From: Camelus dromedarius
Lineage: Eukaryota
Length of the DNA stretch: 64,000 nucleotides
NCBI RefSeq assembly: GCF_036321535.1
Contig: NC_087437.1
Location: 11,658,001-11,722,000, forward strand
Direction of reading: 5' to 3'
In this document: positions 48,926 through 62,533 of the stretch, one piece after another
How the letters are laid out: every line of letters begins with the position of its first letter
How positions within the stretch are numbered: the stretch's first letter is position 1
The notes under the pieces: model-generated
The model's database searches: none
What the model was told of the DNA's origin: nothing
What the model saw: the letters and a program-made list of their open reading frames with translations, nothing else
Program-made: the position numbers and the translations under genes

Positions 48926-49317
48926 CCTGTTTTAATGTTTATATTATTTATTGATTTTTATTGTTCTGGGATCTCAATAACTTCTCTGATGTCTTTGATA
49001 ATGTCAGTACCAGTTTCTTTAGAGCTGTCATTTCCTCATACAGTCTCCATTTCTTCCAGTTTGCTCTTTTCTGGTTCTTTTTGTCTCTGGCTTTTATGTT
49101 ACAGCAAAGGTTCTCAACTCTGGGTATAATAAAAGTCACCTAGGGGACTTTAAAAAAAATTACTGACACTTAGGACCAGTCAAATCCAAACCTCTGTTAC
49201 TGGGACATGTTTCTTCAAAGTTTACCAGTTGAGTCTATGTTCAGATCAGGGGAAATCCTTAGATGTCTGTATATCTGTGTTTAAGAGTGGAAGACTAGAA
49301 GGCTGGTTGGAAAACTT

Positions 49318-50035
49318 AGGCCCAGATGGTTCTACTGGTGAATTCTACTGAACATTCAGGGAGGAAATATTACCAAATATTTGTGCACAAAAACTTACAG
49401 AAAATAGAGGATGATGGCTCTATTAAACTCATTTTCTGCGGTCAATATCACTTTGAGACTGAGGTCAAGCAAAAGCACTAAAAATACATCCATCCTTATA
49501 TACCAGTAAGTGTTGTGAATACCCACACAGATTCTTAACAAATAGGTCCAGGAATGCGAAGTTCACTTAACATTTGAGAATCAATCAATATAATTCACTT
49601 AATAAAGGAGAAAAATGAGTGTAGAAAAATGTTTCAAAAATTCAATATTCATTCATGATAAAATATTAAATCAAATTAGAAAAAAGGGAACTGCCTCAAT
49701 CAGATAAAGGGTATATATAAAAACGTACTGCTAATATTATATTTGGTGTTGAAAATTAAATGTGTTCTCCCTAAGATCAGAAACAAAGTGAGAATGCTGA
49801 CTCTCAGGCCTTATATTCAACGTTGTACTGGAAGCCCTGGCTTTCAAAGTTAGCCAAGAAAGGAGATAAAATGCAAAAAGACCTGGAAATAAGTAAAACT
49901 GGCTCTATTTGAAAATGTCATGGCTGACTATGTAGAATATGCTACGGAATCTCCAAACAACTACTGTCTACAGCTAGGAAACAAATTTAGAAAGGTTACA
50001 GGGTAAAAGGTCATTTTTTATATACTAAAAGCTAA
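49318..50035 (+). mobile_element. Ancient L1 ORF2 reverse-transcriptase remnant
   Basis: aggcccagatggttctactggtgaattcta (PGPDGF-type motif), caatattcattcatgataaaa, tattcaacgttgtactggaagccct (FNxVLE); many stops. Confidence 0.8.
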
Positions 50036-52289
50036 CTGTAAGTGCTTAGCATAAGAGTGGGGCTGGTCAACGTTCAGTTTCAGTAGAGGGTGGTCTACTT
50101 GGCTGTTTACTGGGACATCCCAATGTAAATATTTTATATCCTTACTTTTGGTTGGCTGATTTCTCAGAGAAGAGTTTTCTGTTCTGAAGGTTGGGACTTC
50201 CAGCATTCAGTAGGCATATTTTCACTTAATCCCTGTTTTTTTGGTTCAAAGATTATACTCTCAACTGCGCCTGGCATCCCTGCTACAAAGACCTTTCGTC
50301 TACCCTCTCTTAAGAATAAATTTATAGTCTTCTGCTAGAACCAGGGAGGGGCTCTCACTCCCCAGCACAGAGTGGTGGAGTCTCTGGGAACTGCTGATGT
50401 CTTTACCCAGGCATTTAAATTTCAAGCCTCTGTCTCCCTCACCCTGTTCCAGAAGCACCTGTTGCTACCAGCGTCTGAGTCCTCTGAGAATTCTGGGGTG
50501 GGGATGAAATCGGTTCTCAGTGTTCCCCGTTGCCAGCTTGGGCTTCAGTCCTGCTAAATTAATCACTGCTCACCCATCTGCTTCCCCACTTACAATATTT
50601 TTATTCTTCCTCTCTCTTCTCCTGTTCTCCCAACCATTTATGTCTTTTTAAGAAACCTCTTCACCATCGTCTTCCTAAAGGACAACATGGACACTTCCAG
50701 TGAAACTGAAATTCAAGATCACAGACTGATTTAAAGAAATGACCTATGTTATAAACAATTAAGTTGTCTTATTACCTTATAGTAATACTTTATACATACA
50801 TAAGGAAAGAATAATCAAGCACCTTATTTGTAGATTTTAAAGTAACAAATGCTTCACATGGAAAATTCCATATCGAACCAGACAGTTTTATTATCTAGAG
50901 GGGAAAAAAAAATACGATTAAAAAAACCCGAAAAGAATTTCTGGTTTGCCCAATATGAATGAGGTATTTTTCACTTCATTCTGCCTCTCACATAAGCCAT
51001 GCATGTATAACTTATGTTTTCACAGTAGTTTGAAAGAAATTGGGTGTAAATGCAGCCAGGGTTCTGAGGAAGTAAAAAACTACATTTTAGAGGCAGTACT
51101 GATTAATTTAACAAGCCTTAAGTGATAACCGCGAGGCAGGCATTGTTCTGCTGCTGGGTTTAGAGAAGTAAACAAAATGGACCCAAATCCCTGGCCTTCT
51201 GAGGAGTCCATTCCAGTCAGTAGACTTCTGGGATTAAAACGGCACCAAAAAAAGCTCCCTCAGCAAATTCTGTGCAATAGAGTACCTGTCCTAACATCTG
51301 TGGGTATTTTTTTTATTATACTGCTATCTGTGGTTTTGATGTCTGCAGTGGGGAGATAAACAAATTGGGTTCTAATTTAATTAAGTTCTTTTGTGGTTGC
51401 TGTTACTGGTTCATTATAACATCTCCTTCTAAAGGTGACTTGAAATAGACTTCCAAGGTATGTACAACGTAACAAAGCAAGTTCAAGTATGTCAGAGCAC
51501 TGAAGCAGAGCAAGAATACAAATAGGAAAATAGAATAAAGCTAAGAGTGACAACAATGTCCCGAATGTAGGTAGAGAAGACCCATTCCTTACAGGCCCAG
51601 GCCACCCATTGTCCTCTATGGTTTTTGTTTTTTGTTTTTTTTTTGGTAGGCATTTTAAAGATAAAAACATTTCCCTAAGTCGAAGAATGAATCAGTGATC
51701 AGGTGGTATAAAAATATGGGAACTTCTCCTATGGAGCTTCGTGAAACAACCTTCCTTAGGAAATGGAACAAAACACTTCCTTACTGAAAAACACAGCAAT
51801 GAGTTCCACTGGACTATCACTTTTACACTATGACTAGATTCCAACCATATTGGTACAAAGCAGAATTTAGTAAGAGTTATTATACTAGGAGTCTAAATTA
51901 AGAAAATTCTAGAAAGCTCCACTACATGTTTATTTGAAAATATGTGAATTTTGCATTCACCATGAAGGTGTAAGAAATCTACTAATATTTGCAGTTGACA
52001 AAGTATTTTTCATAGGCATCCTCTACCAAGGCAACTTGCCAGCAGATATCAGCATGTTCATTTTAACACTGAGCGAATCATCCATATTAAATAAGTTACA
52101 CAAGATCTCCTCACCAGGGAATGGGAAACCGATATTGGAATAAAGAATTTTTAATTCTAAATCTTGTCTTCTTAACAATATACCAATCTATTGTTTTGCT
52201 ACACTTAGTTGACCAAGAAAGTGCTAACACACACAGTTGTTTATTTCTTTTAACTTTCTACAAACTGTTAAGAGCATAAAGTCCACTAA

Positions 52290-55200
52290 TATTGAATAGA
52301 CATTGATAAGGTGTACATGTAGCAACTATCCAAATCAAGATACAGAACATTTCCAGCAGCCCAGAAGGTTCTCTTGTGCCCTTTCTTGGTCAACATGTAT
52401 TCTCCCAGAGGTAAACAATATTCTGGCTTATATTATTATTGATTAATTTGATCAGTTCTCGAATTTCATGGAAATGGATTCATACTGTGTATAGTCTTTT
52501 GTGTCTGGCTTACTTGCTCACTAAATGTCTGTGAGATTCATTTATAATGTGTATATCATAGCTGGGTCTTGTTCTTTTTTTAAAAACAGCTTTATTGACA
52601 TCTATTCTACAAAAGATGAAATTTACCCATTTAAAGTACACAGTTCAGCGTTTTCTAGTATATTCAAAGAGATATGCAACTATCACCAAATCTAATTTTA
52701 AACATTTTTAACATCCCCAAAGAAATCCCATACACATTAGCAGTCATTTCCCATTCCTGCCCATCCCTCTTTCCCTCCCAAACCTGCCCAGCCCTGAGCA
52801 ACCACGAATCCACTTTCCATCTCTACAGATTTGCCTGATCTGAACATTTCGCGTAAGTGAATTTATATAATACATGGTCCTTTACCACTGGCTTTTTTCA
52901 CTTAGCATATACTTTTTTCAAGAATCGTATAATATCAGTGATTTTTATTGCTGAATAATAATATCACATTTTGTTTATGCATTTGTCATTTGATGGCCAT
53001 TTGGGTTGTCTCTACATTTTGGCTATTATGAATAATGCTCTTTTGAACATGCTTGTTCAAGTTTTGTGTAGACATATATTCTCATTTCTTAGGGTCTATC
53101 CCTAGGAGGGCAATTGCTGGGTCATTATATATGATAGCATTTTGTGGAACTGCCAAACTGTTTTCCACAGTGGCTGCAGCATTATCCGTTCCCACCAACA
53201 ATGTAGGAGAGTTCCAACTTCCCCACATCCTCCCCAACACTAGCTACTAGTCATCTTTTGGAGTGTCTCAGGCATAGTAGGTGTGTGGTAGCATCTTGCT
53301 GTGGTTTTGAAAAGAATGCATATTATGCTGCTTTGGGATGGAATGTTCAATATATATATATTTGTTAATTCAATCTGATCTAATGTATTAAGACCAGTGT
53401 CTTCTTACTGATTTTTTGTCTGAATGATCTGTCCATTAATGTAAGTGGGGTGTTCAAGTCCCCTACTAATATTGTGTTACTGTCAGTTTCTCTCTTTGTG
53501 GTTGTTACTATTTGCTGCATGTATTTAGATGCTCCCAATTTTGGTGCATATATATTTACAATTGTTGTATCTTCTACTTGGATTGATCCCTTTATAATAT
53601 TCTTCTTTGTCTCTCTTTTGAAGTCTACTTTGTCTGATACAGTTATTGCTACCCCGACTTTCATTTCATTTCTATTTGCATGGAATACTTGTTTCCATCC
53701 CCTCACTTTCAGTGTGTGTGTGCCTTTAGATCTGAAGTGAGTTTCTAATAGGCAGCACAAATATGAGTTTTACTTATTTTTTAATCCATTCAGCCACTCT
53801 GTGTCTTTTGATTAGAGCATTTATTCCATTTACATTTAAAGTAATTATTGATAGATACGTACTAATTTCCATATTTTGAATTATTTTGGTTTTGTTACTA
53901 TAGTTCTTTTTTTTGTTCCTTTCTTCTTCTTTGCTCTCTGCCTTTGTGATTCGGTGCCTGTCTTTAGTGTTATGTTTGAGTTCCTTTCTCTTTTTTGTGT
54001 GTGTATCTTAAATTTCATGTGTGACTGCTATGAAATTCATATAGAGATATGTGTTGTTATATATGAATCTCATGGTAACCACAAAATAATCTTTAATATA
54101 TGTATATATTAAATAAAATAACTTAATTAAAATATATATTTTAAGTTGATAATCTCCTAAATTTGAATGCATTCTAACCACCCTACATTTTTATCCCCCT
54201 ACACTTAATGCTTGTGACATCATGTTTTGCATCTCTTTGTTTTGTGTATTCCTTAACTACTTATTGTTGATACATGTGATTTTACTACCTTTGACTTTAA
54301 CCTTCCTACTAACGTTATAAGTGGTCAATCTACTACCTTTACTATATGTTTGTCTTTGCCGGTGGTATTTTTCCTTTCATAATTTTCATATTTCTAGTTG
54401 TAGCCTTTTCTTTTCTGCTTATAGAAGTCCCTTAACATTTCATGTAAAGCCAGTTTAGTGATGCTTAACTATATTATCTTTGGCTTGTCTGTAAAGCTCT
54501 TTATCTCTCCTTTAAATCTGAATGATAGTCTTGCCAGGTAGAGTATTCATGGTTGTCAGTTTTTTCCTTTCATCACTTTAAATATACTGTGCTAATCCCT
54601 TCTGGCTTGCAAAGTTTCTACTGAGAAGTCAACTGGTTGTCTTATTGGGAGTTCCTTTGTATGCAATTAGTTGATTTTCTCTTGCTACTTTTAAGATTCT
54701 CTCTTTATATTTAACTTTTGGCTTTTTGAATTATAGTATGTCTTGGTGTAGATCTATTGAAGTTCATCGTTTTTGAGACTCTCTGTGCTTCCTGGACTTG
54801 GATGTCTGTCTTCTTCTTCAGGTTAGGGAAACTTTCAGTTACTATTTCTTCAAATAAGTTCTCTGCCCTTTTCTGACTCTCTCTTCTCCTTTTGTGACCC
54901 TTATAAAGTGACTGTTAATATGCTTGATGTTGTCCTAGAGGTCTCTTAAATTATCCTCATTAAAATTTTTTTTGGTTTGTTTATTTTGGGTCATTTCCAC
55001 TACTCTGTCTTCCAGATTGCTAATCCGTTCCTCTGAATCATCTAATCTACTGTTGATTCCTTCTAGTGTATTTTAAAATTTCAGTTAATATATTCTTCAG
55101 CTCTGTTTGGTTCTTCCTTATATTTTCTATTCCTTGTTGAAATTTCCATTGTGCTAATCCATCCTTCTCCTGAGTTCAGTGATCACCTTTATGATCATTA

Positions 55201-57420
55201 CCTTGAACTGTTTATCAGGTAGACTGCTTATCTCCACTTTGTTTAGCTCTCTTTCTAAGGTAAATTTTCTTGTTCCTTTATTATGAACATATTCCTCTGT
55301 CTCCTCATTTTGCCCAATTTTCTGGCTTTTCCCCCCTATATGTTAGTTAGGTTGGTTATGTTTCCCAATCTTGGAGATGTTCTACAAGGCCCAACAGCAA
55401 GCTCCTTTATGTTCACCAGAGCTATATGCTCTAGGGGTGCCACCTATGTGGGCTGCATGCACCCTTCTGTTGTGGTGGGGCTGGTTACTGTGGGCACCTT
55501 GGCATGTGGGGCTGGCCTCTGGACCACTTGTCTTTGAGACCATATCTCATGCAGTTGCTGTGGACTCAGTTGAGGGTGAGGCAGAATTCCTGTTCAGTTG
55601 GCTGTGTGGCCCAAGGCTCAGGGATGGTGCTGGTCTGCTGGTGCATAAGACTGTGTCCCTGGCACATAGGCTAGAGGTAGGATTCCAAAATGGTGCTTGC
55701 CAGTGCAAGTGTAATTGTGATAGAACAAGCTCCTAAATATGGCTCCTGCCGTTGCCTCCATTCCTGGGAGAGATCTCAGTTACCCCTTGCTTCTTTGGGA
55801 GGCTCTACAAGACCAGCAAGTGGGTCTGAACCAGGCTGCTTTCAGACTACTGCCTTTGTGCTAGGACTCGGAATGTATGAGATTTTGTGTATGGCCCTTT
55901 AGAGCACGTCTATGTTTAAAAGCATAGTTCTCTTACTCACCTGAACATTAGCCCCAGTGATTTTCAAAGCCAGATATTCTGGGGGCTTGTGTTCCTGTGC
56001 AGGATTCCTGAGCTGGGGAGTCTGATGTGGGATTTGAAACCCCTCGCTCTTTAGGGAGGACCTCTATGATTGCGAGAGTCTTCCAGCTTCTGTCCTGCTG
56101 ATCCATGGTGGGACTATATTGTATCTTTGTCCCTCCTATCAGTTCTTTGCACTTCCTTCTTCATGTCTTTAGTTGGGGAAACTAATTTCTGCTAGTCTTC
56201 AGGTTGTTCTCAAATATAGTTGTCCTGTAAGTAGTTATAATTTTGGTATGCCCATGAGAAAAAGCGAGTTCAAGGTCTTCTTACTCAACTATCTTTGCCA
56301 CCTCCTTCTCTTTGCTCTTTCTTGAGACTGTTTTGGATGCATAAAATTTTTAAATTTTAATGAAGTCAAACTTACCTATTTTTTCTTTTGTTGCTGTGCT
56401 TTTGGTGTCACATCTAAGAAATCATTGCTTAATTCAAGGTCACGGAGATTTACTCCGATGTTTTCTTTGAGGAATTTTATACTTGTAGCTATTACATTTA
56501 GGTATAGGGTCCATTTTGAATTAATTTTGGTGTATGGTATGAAGTTCAGGTCTAAAATTTCTTCTGTATGTAGAGATCCAAATTTTCAGGCAACATTTGT
56601 TTAAAAGACAATTTTTTTCCCTATTGAATTGTCTTGACATTTTTATCAAAAATCAATTGACAGTAAATGTGAAGGTTATTTCTGGACTCAATTCTGTTCT
56701 ATTGATCTTTGTCTTTTTAAATACAGTATCACATTGTCTTGATTAGTATAGCTTTGTGGTAGGTTTTGAAATCAGAAAGCAGAAAGTGTGAATCCTTTCA
56801 TTTTTGATTCTTTTTCCATTTTTTTTTTTTTTTGACTAAACTGGGTCCAGATTGTCAACTTTTTCAAAAAAGAGAGCTGAGATTTTGATAGGGTTGACAC
56901 CAGATCTGTGGATCTAATTGGGGAGTATTACCATCTAAATAATGTTGTCTTCTGATCCATGAATGTGGAGTATATTTCCATTTATTTGGATCTTCTTTCA
57001 TTTCTTTCAATACTTTTTATGCCTTGTACTTCTTTTGTTAAATTTTATTTCTCATTTTTTTTATTGTTGTTACTTAAAATGAGGTTGTTTCTTAATTTTA
57101 TTATTTGTTTGGTCACTGCTACTATATGGAAGTACTATTGAGTTTTTAAAATATTTATCTTGTAAGCTGCCACATTGCTGAATTTGTTTATTATTCAACC
57201 TTTTTACCGCTGTATAATATTCCATTGCTATCCTTTATTTTGTTTAGTTACATATAGATTATTTTCAGTTTTTGGATATTCTGTATAACACTGGTGTGAA
57301 TATTTTTGAACATGCTTTTTGGTGGACATAGATACTCATTTATCTCAGATATATACCTCTAAGTGGAATTCTGGGTCATACTGTAGTAAACAAATCTTGG
57401 GTAAATATTGTCAGTCAGTT
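52290..57420 (-). mobile_element. Nested older L1 fragments (L1ME-like outer, L1MB-like middle)
   Basis: L1ME-like 3' UTR at ~52290-52575 resumes at ~57200; L1MB-like 3' end at ~52580-53310 resumes as ORF2-like sequence at ~56310-57200. Confidence 0.7.
53311..56305 (-). mobile_element. 5' half of an L1 (5' UTR, ORF1, endonuclease); 3' part missing
   Basis: ORF 53380-53760 is a clear L1 EN domain: CCLLETHF...GWKQVFHAN...KVGVAI..SDKVDFK...IVNIYAP...ILVGDLNTPL..MDRS. ORF1-like sequence at ~54400-55250. Confidence 0.88.
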
Positions 57421-59355
57421 TGGATGATTTGCTTTTGCTTCCATACTTTGGCTGTAGCAACAGCCAGTTTGAATTATTTACTAGTGAATATTTATTAGTG
57501 ATTATGACCTCTATTTTTTAGTGATAGCTGGTGTTTATCAATATAGAAAAAAATGGAGATGACTACAAAATACTGGGTTTAATGTGATGAGTGTTAAGGA
57601 GTGTTAGGAGGGTAATAATATGATTCAGAATAAGAGGAGAATGTGTAGCTTTAAAACGCACATTCGATAGACTTTTTTTTTATAACAAACTATAGAAAAT
57701 AAAAATTGAAAACATTTCTTAAGGATGAGAGAGTCTGATTTAGTACTCATTTATAGCCATAGTTTAAACAAAAATATTATACTAGCTTCCTTCCTACCTG
57801 CCTAGTTTTGGAGGTGAGTCATCTCCTCTATAGCTAAGTCTCATCTGAAATCTAGTCTTCAACTTTGCCTTAAAAGTAGTTAAAAGACAAAGTAGTTTAA
57901 CTTAAATGTAAAGAAATAAGTTTAAAGGTGTAATCTAAACACGATTTTTCCCACATTGTGCTTCTTCTCTGATGAAAGGGATCAGAAAAATGAAAAAAAC
58001 ATTTTTACTGGAAAAATTAACTGAAGATTGGTAGTCAGATTAACATTCTCAAGCTTGAACAAAATCTTGGCCTATTTGGGGGAACCTTGAACAGGTTATC
58101 CAGAATCTTTCTGCATGGGGAGATAATGTAAAAAAATAATCATGAAAATGTCTTTTAAACTTTAATTTAACCAAAATTGGGTAAAACTATACATTTCAGC
58201 TTTGGCAGGATTTCCTCTCTTAATGAGCAATGAAAAGAAAGCCAAATTTGAAGAAAAATTGTTAAGGATATTTAAAGTTTGAGAAATTTATTTTGTGGGA
58301 ACTTTACAGAACATTTTGATTTAGTATTTTTGGATACAGATGATGGATTAAAATTCTTTCTTTTGAAAGTGAACATAGTTATGATTTGAAAATTTAAAAG
58401 TTTCTTGAATTTAAGGGCATTGTTTTTATTATCATCATTTATATTGGTTTTCCTGCGGTATTTTCTACCCTCCTTTTCCTAACCTTTTCTTTGGTTGTTT
58501 TAGGGTCAGTGTTTACAACTTTCCCAGGATGTTGACCCCAAAGTTTTGTTACCCTCCTCATTTTCTAACAGCTTCTCTAGCTCTTTGTTTCACCTGGAAC
58601 TGATGAAGATTCCTAGCACTGAAATTTAGCTTTTGGACCGTGAATTCCATTTATCTCCCTCATTGTCACCCTTGCAGAACCTGTTCTCTCACTGAAAAAC
58701 CTCCCCTTCCTTATTTCCCACCTTTTTATTACTTACCTGAGCCTTAATGTATCATTGAAATTGATGTTCTTGACAGCTACACAGAAATACTTTCTCCTTT
58801 GGCTTTCTGTCTTGTGAGCTTTGCTGATTCCCAATTTTTGGTGAATAACAAAATCATTTCCTTTAGCGGCACGTCTGGAAGCTGAGTTTTCCTGGAGAAG
58901 GTGATATGGCAGTTATGATTGGCTGAATATTCCCACAGGATCAGTTAACTTCTTCTGATTGACTCCTGTTCATAGAGCCTCAGTGTCCCCATTAAGCCAT
59001 GACCCAGTTGACAATTACTTCTCCTCCTGCTTACTCTGTAGGAGATGCTTTTCCAATCTTAGCTTCTGATTCCCCACATGGGCCCCCTCTGTCTACTTTT
59101 CTCAAATAAGATATTTCCTTAACTTGCCACCTCTCTTATCTAAAACCTCTTCACTTATCCTCCCATTTTTTCCCTTCTATCATTGTCCTTCCATTATTCT
59201 ATCATCTTTTTTTCCATCCCATATGAGTTCCTACTTAAGTACCTTTGATCTCATCTGCATGTTTTGAACCCTGCTACACCATTGCCCTTTCTTTCATGGT
59301 CAATTTCTGGAGCTCACCTACTCCTTTATCTAAGGAAATATTCCTTTCTCTAAGA

Positions 59356-59575
59356 CAGTGGTTCCCAAGTGACAGTGAGTTGTCCTTCTGGGAGATACTT
59401 GGCAATGAACGGAGATGTGTCTGGTGGTCACAGTCTGTGGCAGGGGGTGCTATTGTCTCTCACTGATTAGAGACCAGGGATGTTTTTCCATATCCTACAA
59501 TGAACAGGGCAGATTCCCATAGCAAAGAATTACCCAGCCCAAACTGTCATTAGGGCCAAAGCGAAAGGGCTTTGC
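59356..59575. mobile_element. MER20-like hAT element
   Basis: cagtggttcccaa...ttggcaatg..ggagat...gaccagggatg...atcctacaatgaacaggg...aagaattacccagcccaaa. Confidence 0.7.
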
Positions 59576-61164
59576 TCTAAGCCTAATAATTCAAGCTGAA
59601 GTTTTGCTTCTCCAGGAAACTTAAATATGTTTTTATGACTATATTTACCTCTTTGAGTTCTTCTTTCCTCTGTCTTCCGCATTTTCACTAACAATCTTCT
59701 AGAATGGAAGTCAGTACGTGGTTTCCTTAATGTCCACTCATACCACTGAATAGCACATGAGACTGATAAAAATTATTACCCATCAGAAATTTTTAGGATC
59801 TTTAACAGACTCAGAGCTCCTCACAATGACCTGGGGTGAGAATGAAGCAGCTAGGAACACTTCTCTCATCGCAACTCACGAATTCATTATTAGCCACAGA
59901 AGCCTAGGACCTTGAACTTAGATATTTAAACATTTGCTTTAGTGTGGTAGATAAAAAATTATCCTTGCTGATTTTTATGTTGAGAAATACTGGGCAACAG
60001 CTCTTGAAGTGAAATTTATTAAGAATACATTTAAAATCCAAATGTGTAAAATAATTTTCTACAACATATGAATATTTGCCAGAAATAATAGAATCAAGTA
60101 AAAAACAGTCACATTATACAGATGGGGCCAGATCTGTAAGATTTTACTGTGGATGTGACTCCCCACCATGAAGCCATGGTGACCCTGAAAACACCAACAG
60201 ATACAGCACCGTCAAAACATTTGCTTCTCTTTAATATTAAAGGGCATTTAATAGGATATTTTTAATGCATACACACAAAACAACAAATTTCTAGTAAAAT
60301 GAAAAACCCTAAATTATTCTTCTATTCTGTCACTATCAAAGGCAGTTAAAGTTGCTTGGCATCCCTGACATCAAAATTGAATTATTTTTCTTCTTAGGGG
60401 AAAAATATGAAACAGCCTAGGGAGAAATCTTGGATAAAGTCCTTCATCGTAATGTAGAGGGTAGCTTGCAAATCTTCTGCAGATTTTTAGTTTTAATTTC
60501 AGCTATATATCCAGGAACTACTCTTATACAAATCAAATTCTACAATGAAACTACAGTTTGTGATGAAGAGACTGGTTCTGAGTTTAGACATTTCAGAACG
60601 TATAATGAAGATACTACATTATTTAAAAAATATTAATCATCAATTAATCATTAATTAATAATGATGCCATGTATTACAGCTATCTAAAGAAGGAATAATC
60701 AAATTTACAGATGACCACTTCAGCTCTCTCCAAATTATGCATTTTTAAGAATTCAAAATCAAAAAAATAAAGAAGAGAAAAATAGTTAAAGAAGTTAAAC
60801 AGAACTCTTGTTGGACAGTAATTGGAACCCAGTGATTGGAAGCTCTTGGTGCAATGTGTCCTACAAAGGACTTTTTATTTTTATTTATTTACTTTGGGGG
60901 TTGCTTTTAAAGCTCTTTGCCCTTTCAGTGCTGCTTAAGGAAACACAAGCGGCAAACCGCTGTTGAAATACTTTCCTCACTGGAGGAAGACGTGGGCTAA
61001 ATTATATCTTATTTCAAATTTTAGGAAAGAATCCTCTCATTGTTAAAGTCTGATTTTTCTTTTTCTGACAACATAAGATAATTCCAGAGGAAAACACAGT
61101 TTGTGTGCATAGTTCAAGGAATCTGATTTATTGCTGTAGCGTGTCTTACCATTTCCTACTTAGC

Positions 61165-61762
61165 GTATGTAAGTCAGGAAGCAAACGGCACCCTCAGAGC
61201 TCAGAGGATTTAACTGAAAAGTTTAGAGGGACTATGTATAGATTCGTAGGAAGGTCTAAGGGAAGCAAAACAGAGGTGGGAAGGATCAGGGTACTAGCAA
61301 CAGCCGGAAGGCTGCACGGGCCTTCCACCAGAGGAAGCTGCTAGTAGAACGCGGAGCCGGGAGCCTGGAAGCAGATCCACCCGGAAGGTGCTGCCACGCG
61401 GGGTAGATGAGCCCTGCTTCCCAGGCTCCCGCGTCAGCTGGCCTCCCGCTTGGTGGGGCGATCAGAAGCAGCGATGGGAACGGGGGCAAGAGGAAGGGAG
61501 AAGCCACAATGACTCCCTCTGTTTCCTCCAGGCTCCAGCTCCTGCTGGGCGGGTCCATCCACCCGGGTCCGGCGGCTGGAGGTGAGCGGCCCCGTCCCCG
61601 CTCGGCAGCGGGAGCCCGGTCTTCCTCTTGCTGGTCTCTGAGTTGCTCGCTGTACCATCTTGCTCTTCAGGTCTTCCAGCACGTTTGAAACCAATCCACG
61701 GCTTTAATTCTGTTAATTTGAAAACCTGAAAATGGTTTCTCTTTCCCTGTTTGATCCTGATA
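61165..61762. mobile_element. Ancient ERVL-type LTR fragments (LTR33/LTR41-like), locally CpG-rich
   Basis: gtcaggaagcaaacggcaccctca, gggtactagcaacagc, gccctgcttcccaggctccc..cagctggc, gaggaagggagaagcca and terminal atggtttctctttccctg blocks. Confidence 0.5.
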
Positions 61763-61871
61763 GTTTATATTTTCACTTGCGATTTTGAGCCACATCTTAT
61801 TTTACCTCCTGTTATCTGTAGTCTATATCTTATTATCTATTTGGTTATTGTTGATTTAGAGGGATGGCTTT

Positions 61872-62533
61872 CGAAATTAAAATTTTAATTTTTTATATAA
61901 TTTTTAAACGTTACTTTCTATTCACAGTTACTACAAGATACTGGCTCTATTCCCTGAGTTGTACAATACAACCTCCAGTTATCTTACACCCAACAGTTTG
62001 TAACTCCCACTCCCCTTATATTGCCCATCCCGCCCTCCCCACTGGTAACCCCTAGTTTGTTCTCTGAGTCTGCTTTTTTTTTTTTAATTGTATTTGTTAG
62101 TTTGTTGTATTTTGGGGAGTCTACATATAAGTGATATCATACAGTATTTGTCTTTCTCTGTCTGACTTATTTCACTTAGCATAATGCCCTCCAAGTCCAT
62201 CCATGTTGCTGCAAATGGCAAAGTTTCATTCTTTTTTATGACTGAGCAGTATTCCAGTCTGTGTATATATCACATCTTTATCCAGTCATCTGTTGATGGA
62301 CCCTTATGTTGCTTCCATATCTTGGAAGTTGTAAATAATACTGCTATTAACATCGGAGTGTATGTATCTTTTCAACTTAGTGTTTTTGGCTTTTTTTTGG
62401 GGGGGGGTTATATATCCAGGAGTGGAATTGTTGGGTCATTTGGTAGTTCTATTTTTAGTTTTTTGAGAAAACTTCATATTGTTTTCCACAGTGGCTGCAC
62501 CAATTTATATTCCCACCAACAGTGTACAAGGGC
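61872..62533 (-). mobile_element. 5'-truncated L1 3' end
   Basis: L1 3' UTR motifs (gtccatccatgttgctgcaaatggca; ttccacagtggctgcaccaatt); degenerate TSD tagagggatggcttt / tagagaaatgacttt (12/15). Confidence 0.85.

Noticed and set aside
53380..53760. 126-aa endonuclease ORF as a functional gene
   Set aside because: It is an L1 EN fragment with internal deletions, bounded by stops, inside a decayed L1.
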